Shown here: piece after piece, positions 58,909-64,000 of the stretch | Numbering within the stretch: position 1 is the first letter of the stretch | Layout: every line of letters begins with the position of its first letter | NCBI GenBank assembly: GCA_033442325.1 | Contig: JAWQFM010000024.1 | Coordinates: 633,716-697,715 of the forward strand | Reading direction: 5' to 3' | DNA: 64,000 bases | Origin: Salpingoeca rosetta | Lineage: Eukaryota; Protista; Choanoflagellata | Notes under the pieces: generated by a model | Seen by the model: the letters and a program-made list of their open reading frames with translations, nothing else | The model's database searches: none | What the model was told of the DNA's origin: nothing | Translations under genes and position numbers: made by a program

Positions 58909-61900
58909 GTCATGTGCGTGCGTGTGTGTGTGTGTGTGTGAATAAAACTAAGGAAGGTGAAGCAGAGTGATGCTATGTGATGCCAATCAACAACTACAGC
59001 GACGTTATGATCGTCATCACCATCACCACCAAAGCGCAGCCAACCAGCCAACCTCCAGCGAGTAGCAACACAACATTACATGTTACAGCCCACTACCCCG
59101 ACGTACCGCCTCCCTCGCCCACCATCTCCCAACACCTGATCCCTCATCTGCCCTCACCGAATTCATCGTCTTCGAGAAGAGCGCTGTCTGGATCCCCGCC
59201 AGACACCTCGGCCTCCAACCTGACAACCTTCGCCGTCAAATCGCACACAACCGAGGCAAGCTCTTGCAGGTGGCATGCGACAGGGGGCCCACGCCGGAGG
59301 TAGGCTGTGATGGCGTGCAGCGCCGGGTCGTGCGGGACGGTCGTGCGCGCCTGGGGACTGCGTTCGCCACGCCAGCGGCGAAACGCAGCAGCGTCTGTGC
59401 ATGTGATCTGTAGGAGCAGGGAGATGAACGCGGCACCGTCCTCTAAACAGAAGCGGTGCGCACCACTTGATGTCGCTGCCTGGGTGCCAGCGGTTGCGGG
59501 CGTGGCCGCATGGCTCGACTCCGCCAGCACAGCGTCAATGTGGCGCTTAATTCGTCTGATGAGCCAGTCATGCAGCCGTGTCAAGTACGCCAGCGCAACA
59601 GCGGGGTTGTGCTCCGTGACCGCAGGCGCACATGCCGCTGATGCTTCTGCTGACCTGTGACTGGTACCGTTCATTGCGGCTGCCGTATCGGCGTCTCCTT
59701 GCTGGTTTGTGCGCACATCAACTAGCGCCAGCAGCTTGGTTACAAGTCCGGCCTGCCATGTTGTGGCATGCAGGGCGCCGGAACTCAGCTGTGCACCACC
59801 GGCAACATCATTGCCATCGTCAGTTTCGTCGTTGTGGGTGGTGGTGGTGGTGGTGGTGGTGGTGGTGGTGGTGGTGGTGGTGCGACCTTCCCTGCTGAAG
59901 CCGCAAGCTGCTGCCAGTTCGCGTGCAATGATGTTCAGCGCGTGCGTGTTGAGAGAAGCGCGGTTGACGGCATAAGCGTGCATCGTGCTCTCCTCGCTCA
60001 AGGTTGCGCATCCACAATCATCCTCTTCAACTCGCAAACATGCAGGCAACATCGCCTGCCATACGCGCGCGCGTGTGTGTATGTATATGTGTGTGTGTGC
60101 GTGCGTGTGTGTGTGGGTGTGTGCGTGTGTGAGTGTGAGTGTGAGTGTGTGTGTGTGTGTGTGTGAGTGTGAGTGTGTGTGTGTGTGTGTGTGTGCGTGT
60201 GTGTGTGTGTGTGCGTGTGTGTGTGTGTATGTGTGTGCGTGTGTGTGTGTGCATGTGAATCAGCGTAAGCAATGTCGGTCGGTCGTTGAAGCAGCAATAG
60301 GTGCAGAGCAAACATGGCTCTTCCACACGCACACAGAGCTTCGTTTACTCTCTTGTTCTTCCCTTCCTCCCCCTCCTCACTGACGTGGTTTGGGGCTGTG
60401 AATCGGTTGAAGAGATAGGCGTCCTCAAGCTCAGACAGCTCGCGGTCAATCATGCTGGATGCGTTTGCGCCGTCGCTCTCGGCACCACCGACCGTGGGCG
60501 CTGCTCGCACATGCGCTGGAGACTCGTTAGAAGACGGCACCAGCAACGATGGTGGCGCTGCCTTTGTGCTGCACAGCAGTGCCAAGCACTTGGCAACGGC
60601 CCTGGGGCAAAAAGTAGTGGGGGGAGGCGGATCGTGTCAATAACCCGGCGAGTGAGCTGCAAACGTGTGTCATGCATCGTTGGCAGTGCAGACGGAGCCA
60701 CACACACACTTACGTACACAGAGGCATGCACGAACACATGCACACATGCACACACATGCACACACGTGCACGCAAACACCAACGAACCATGACGATGCGC
60801 AGGTGCTGGTAAAGACGGTGAAGACAGTGAAAATTGGCGGCATGCACAGCCAGGAGATGACAGCTTCCAACAGAGGAGACTGCGTTACTGTGGGTAATTG
60901 CGGACGCACACAAAAAGCATACAAAGTGGTGTGGAGAATGAGACGGATCTCACGGCATGCCATTGGGTTTGAAATGATTCCACCATCACCAGCATCTGAC
61001 ACAATTACACTGACACGATCACACTCACACGCACGCGCACACACACACACACGCACGCACACAACTCTCCAACGTATACACGCACACTGACACACTAACA
61101 CACGCACACTGACACACTAACACACATACACACACACTGACAGTACATACACACACGACGAACCGTGGTGGTGTCCGCTTGGCGTGTGCAGGAGAGGAAG
61201 GAGAAAATCGACGTCGTCATCTGTGACGGGGTCGGGGTGGATGAGCGGAGATATGTCCACGTCCCGCAGCACATCTGGGGAGCCGTAGACCACAAGCGCG
61301 CGCCACAACGCGTTGCGTGCATGCAGGGAACTGCTTGGGACTGCAGCGCCAACCAGCAGCGCGCGCAGCGCAGAGAGCGCATCCAAGTACGCCGCGTCCA
61401 GTTCTTCATCAAAGCCCAGCACGCCACACGCTCTCGTCGCATCGCACGTCGGCGCTCTTGTTAGCGCCGTTGTTGATGACGCGTTGGCAGCAGTGGCGCT
61501 GAATGCAGTGCCAGTGGAGCCAGCTGCCGTGTACATTGCATGTGCGTGTCCATTAATGTCTGCTGTTCTTGCTGCTGCTGGTGCTGGTGCTGGTGCTCCC
61601 GGTGCATGTGCGCTTGTGGGAGAGTTGCTGGCGTTTGCTTGCGTGGTGCGCTTGATGGCGTGATGGGCAGCGTGCAGCAACGCAGCGACGCAGCGCAGCC
61701 CCCAGTAACTGTTCTCCCCTGCGCCCTCGCGGATCAGCGGCAAGGCGCCACGGATGGCCTGCTTGATAAACGGCAGGCCTGCCTTGTCAGCATGTCGCTC
61801 CACCAAGTATGTGGTGAGCACGATGGCGGCCTCCTCTTGTTTGCCAAGCCACCGCAACAGGGTGGCAATGGCACCTTCCTTCCTCTTGGCGCGCAGTCGT

Positions 61901-63303
61901 GGCGGCTCTGCGTCCCCAGCTCCTGCGCTGCTACTCGCACGTCCGCTGTTGTTGTTGCTGCTCCTGGCGCTGCTGTTGTTGTTGGGATTCTCCAGGTCAA
62001 TCACAACGGCGTCACCCTCATCACCATCACCATCACCATCACCATCACCAACACGACCACCAACACCGCTGCTCCTGCTCCTGCTGCTGCTGCTGCTGTC
62101 GTGAGGGCGGCGAGCAGAGGAGCGGGACTGCAGCGACGGCAGCCGCAGTCGCCCCATGCGCGCGCCAACAGCAGCTGCCATGGCGGTTGCTGCCCCTGTT
62201 GTGTGGAGCTGTGTAGCGGATGCCCGGCTGCCCGCACGCGTGGGAGGCGGTGGGATGACGCTGATTCGCTCATCGCTGTTGGAGAATGCCGGAACAATGG
62301 CAAGGAGGTCTGCGATGAAGGCTGCAAAGGCATGATTGTCCGGCGACAGCTTGGTGCCAGATGCCAACCGCTGGCGCACGAAAAGCAACCGCGGCAGCTC
62401 ACTCGTGACAAGCGAGGTGAAGCTGCTCAGCAGCTTAGAGTCGGCGCAGCTGCGAGCGGCCAGGAACACGCGGAGGGTTTGCACGGCCTGTGTGCGCACG
62501 TCGTCGGTGATGTTCGAGGAGAGGATGAGGTCGAGCAGCCGGCGGGCGCAGTCCTTGGCCCAGTGTGCAAGCGCAAGCTGGCCTTGGTGCGCCAGGAGGA
62601 GCGTGTAGGCGCGACATCCTCTGAGCAACTGCTTGAGTGTGCCAAAGTGGCCTTTGGCGGCGCTGCCAGCAGGGCCGAGCCGCTCCAGCGTGTCGTGGAG
62701 GGCGTCCTGGATGTCGTGGCGGTTCTTGGAGTGAATGATGCGCTGCTGAATCAAGGCCGGGCTGTCGCACAGCAGCCACTTGAACAGCTCGACGAGCTTG
62801 CACGTGTCCTTGTGAGCCCAAGTGCCCGGCTCTCGGACGGCTGGGAGGCAGATTTGCATGAACTTGTCTATGAGGGCGGCGGACATGCACGCGACGTATG
62901 CGTCGTGGATGAAAATGCGGCGCAGGAGGATGTTGACGACGTAGTGGACGCGGGCCGGCTCCTTGAGCCATTGGAGCATCTTCTTGAGGACCTGGTGCAT
63001 GAACTTTTCCGGCAGCATGGTTGTGCCGTGCTGCTTGAAGCGGGCATCTGCGCACTCGAGGATCTTGTTTAGGTGCTCAAACTGGAAGATGGTGGCCGTG
63101 ACGCGGCTGCCGATGTTGCCACAAGACGTCACGTACGGCTCAACGACGTCCTGCCATGTTGGGGTGATGTGGTCCAGGGTGTTGTCGTCGAGGGTGAGCA
63201 GGAGGTCTGCATTCTTCAGCATGTCAAACACATCCTCGCCCGCCTTTTTGGTCTTGGACGATTTCAGCTTCACCAGCTTCTCCTGTAGCGTAAGCAACGA
63301 CAT
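45270..63303 (-). CDS. ATM: Serine/threonine-protein kinase ATM/Tel1 (PIKK)
   Basis: Kinase '[37 protein letters not shown]', '[27 protein letters not shown]|HPNNILID...[10 protein letters not shown]|[21 protein letters not shown]'. FAT region '[10 protein letters not shown]', 'EPDGLY', '[11 protein letters not shown]'. FATC '[12 protein letters not shown]|[19 protein letters not shown]' (45329-45270). Probable start [10 protein letters not shown] at 63303; upstream or UTR exons near 63780 are possible. Confidence 0.95.
51160..51259. other. Assembly gap (100 N, probably unsized) inside the ATM gene
   Basis: Run of exactly 100 N. Confidence 0.99.
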
Positions 63304-63330
63304 GCCTGCCTCGCTCGCTGCTGACAACAG

Positions 63331-63574
<244 letters not shown>

Positions 63575-64000
63575 AAGTGAGTGTACGCGTAAGTGAGTGC
63601 ATCAATGGGAGGGAGATCTTGGTTGTAATTGGCGCCAACACCACAACACCGTATCACAACACGACAGTGACATCCAAGACGCACTCTCGTGTGTGATGAA
63701 TGCGGACAGCAAGCAAGCAAAACCCCCCTGCTGCATCACTCACGCACACACTCACTGTCACACTTGTGCGCACACAAACCTTGTTCCCGCCAAACTCGAC
63801 CACCACTGTCTTTTGTCTCTGTTGTCCGCAATGGAGTGGCAAACCGAAATTTGCCCACCGGCTTGAAGATCGTGATGGTAAAAGAGCCTGCAAGCAAGCC
63901 AAAATGCCTCACAATTCACTTTGACTGTGTGTGCGAGCAAAACGCTTCTTGTGCTTGCAACTCACATCAAGCGAGCACGACGAGCGTCATGGCAGGAAGA

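Noticed and set aside
61540-63072. 510-aa plus-strand ORF (also 52855..54039 and 57906..58970)
   Set aside because: Antisense to large ATM exons; expected in GC-rich coding DNA.

Overview
Eukaryotic, intron-rich, GC-rich DNA with dense (CA)n/(TG)n microsatellites and two assembly gaps. The style and gene content point to a choanoflagellate, probably Salpingoeca rosetta (inference). Nine spliced protein-coding genes lie in strict -/+ alternation: (1) an RNF213/mysterin-like giant AAA+ protein running off the left edge, which the ORF track misses because its ~7.9 kb exon has no stop in the window; (2) a signal peptide-LRR-EGF-like-TM-TKL receptor kinase; (3) a secreted Thr-rich mucin-like mosaic with a duplicated Cys-rich module and two 7-repeat beta-propellers; (4) a sulfotransferase; (5) eIF3c; (6) GID4/Vid24; (7) a PX+SH3 adaptor; (8) a ceramide-kinase-like DAGK-family lipid kinase; (9) ATM/Tel1. 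The best candidate for a new system is the head-to-head RNF213-like (with a CBM20-like N-terminal domain) / LRR receptor kinase pair, a possible pre-metazoan bacterial-sensing locus. Also notable are the unrecognised duplicated Cys-rich domain and a donor-(GU)n / acceptor-(CA)n bias in introns. All family assignments come from motif recognition by eye; no searches were run.
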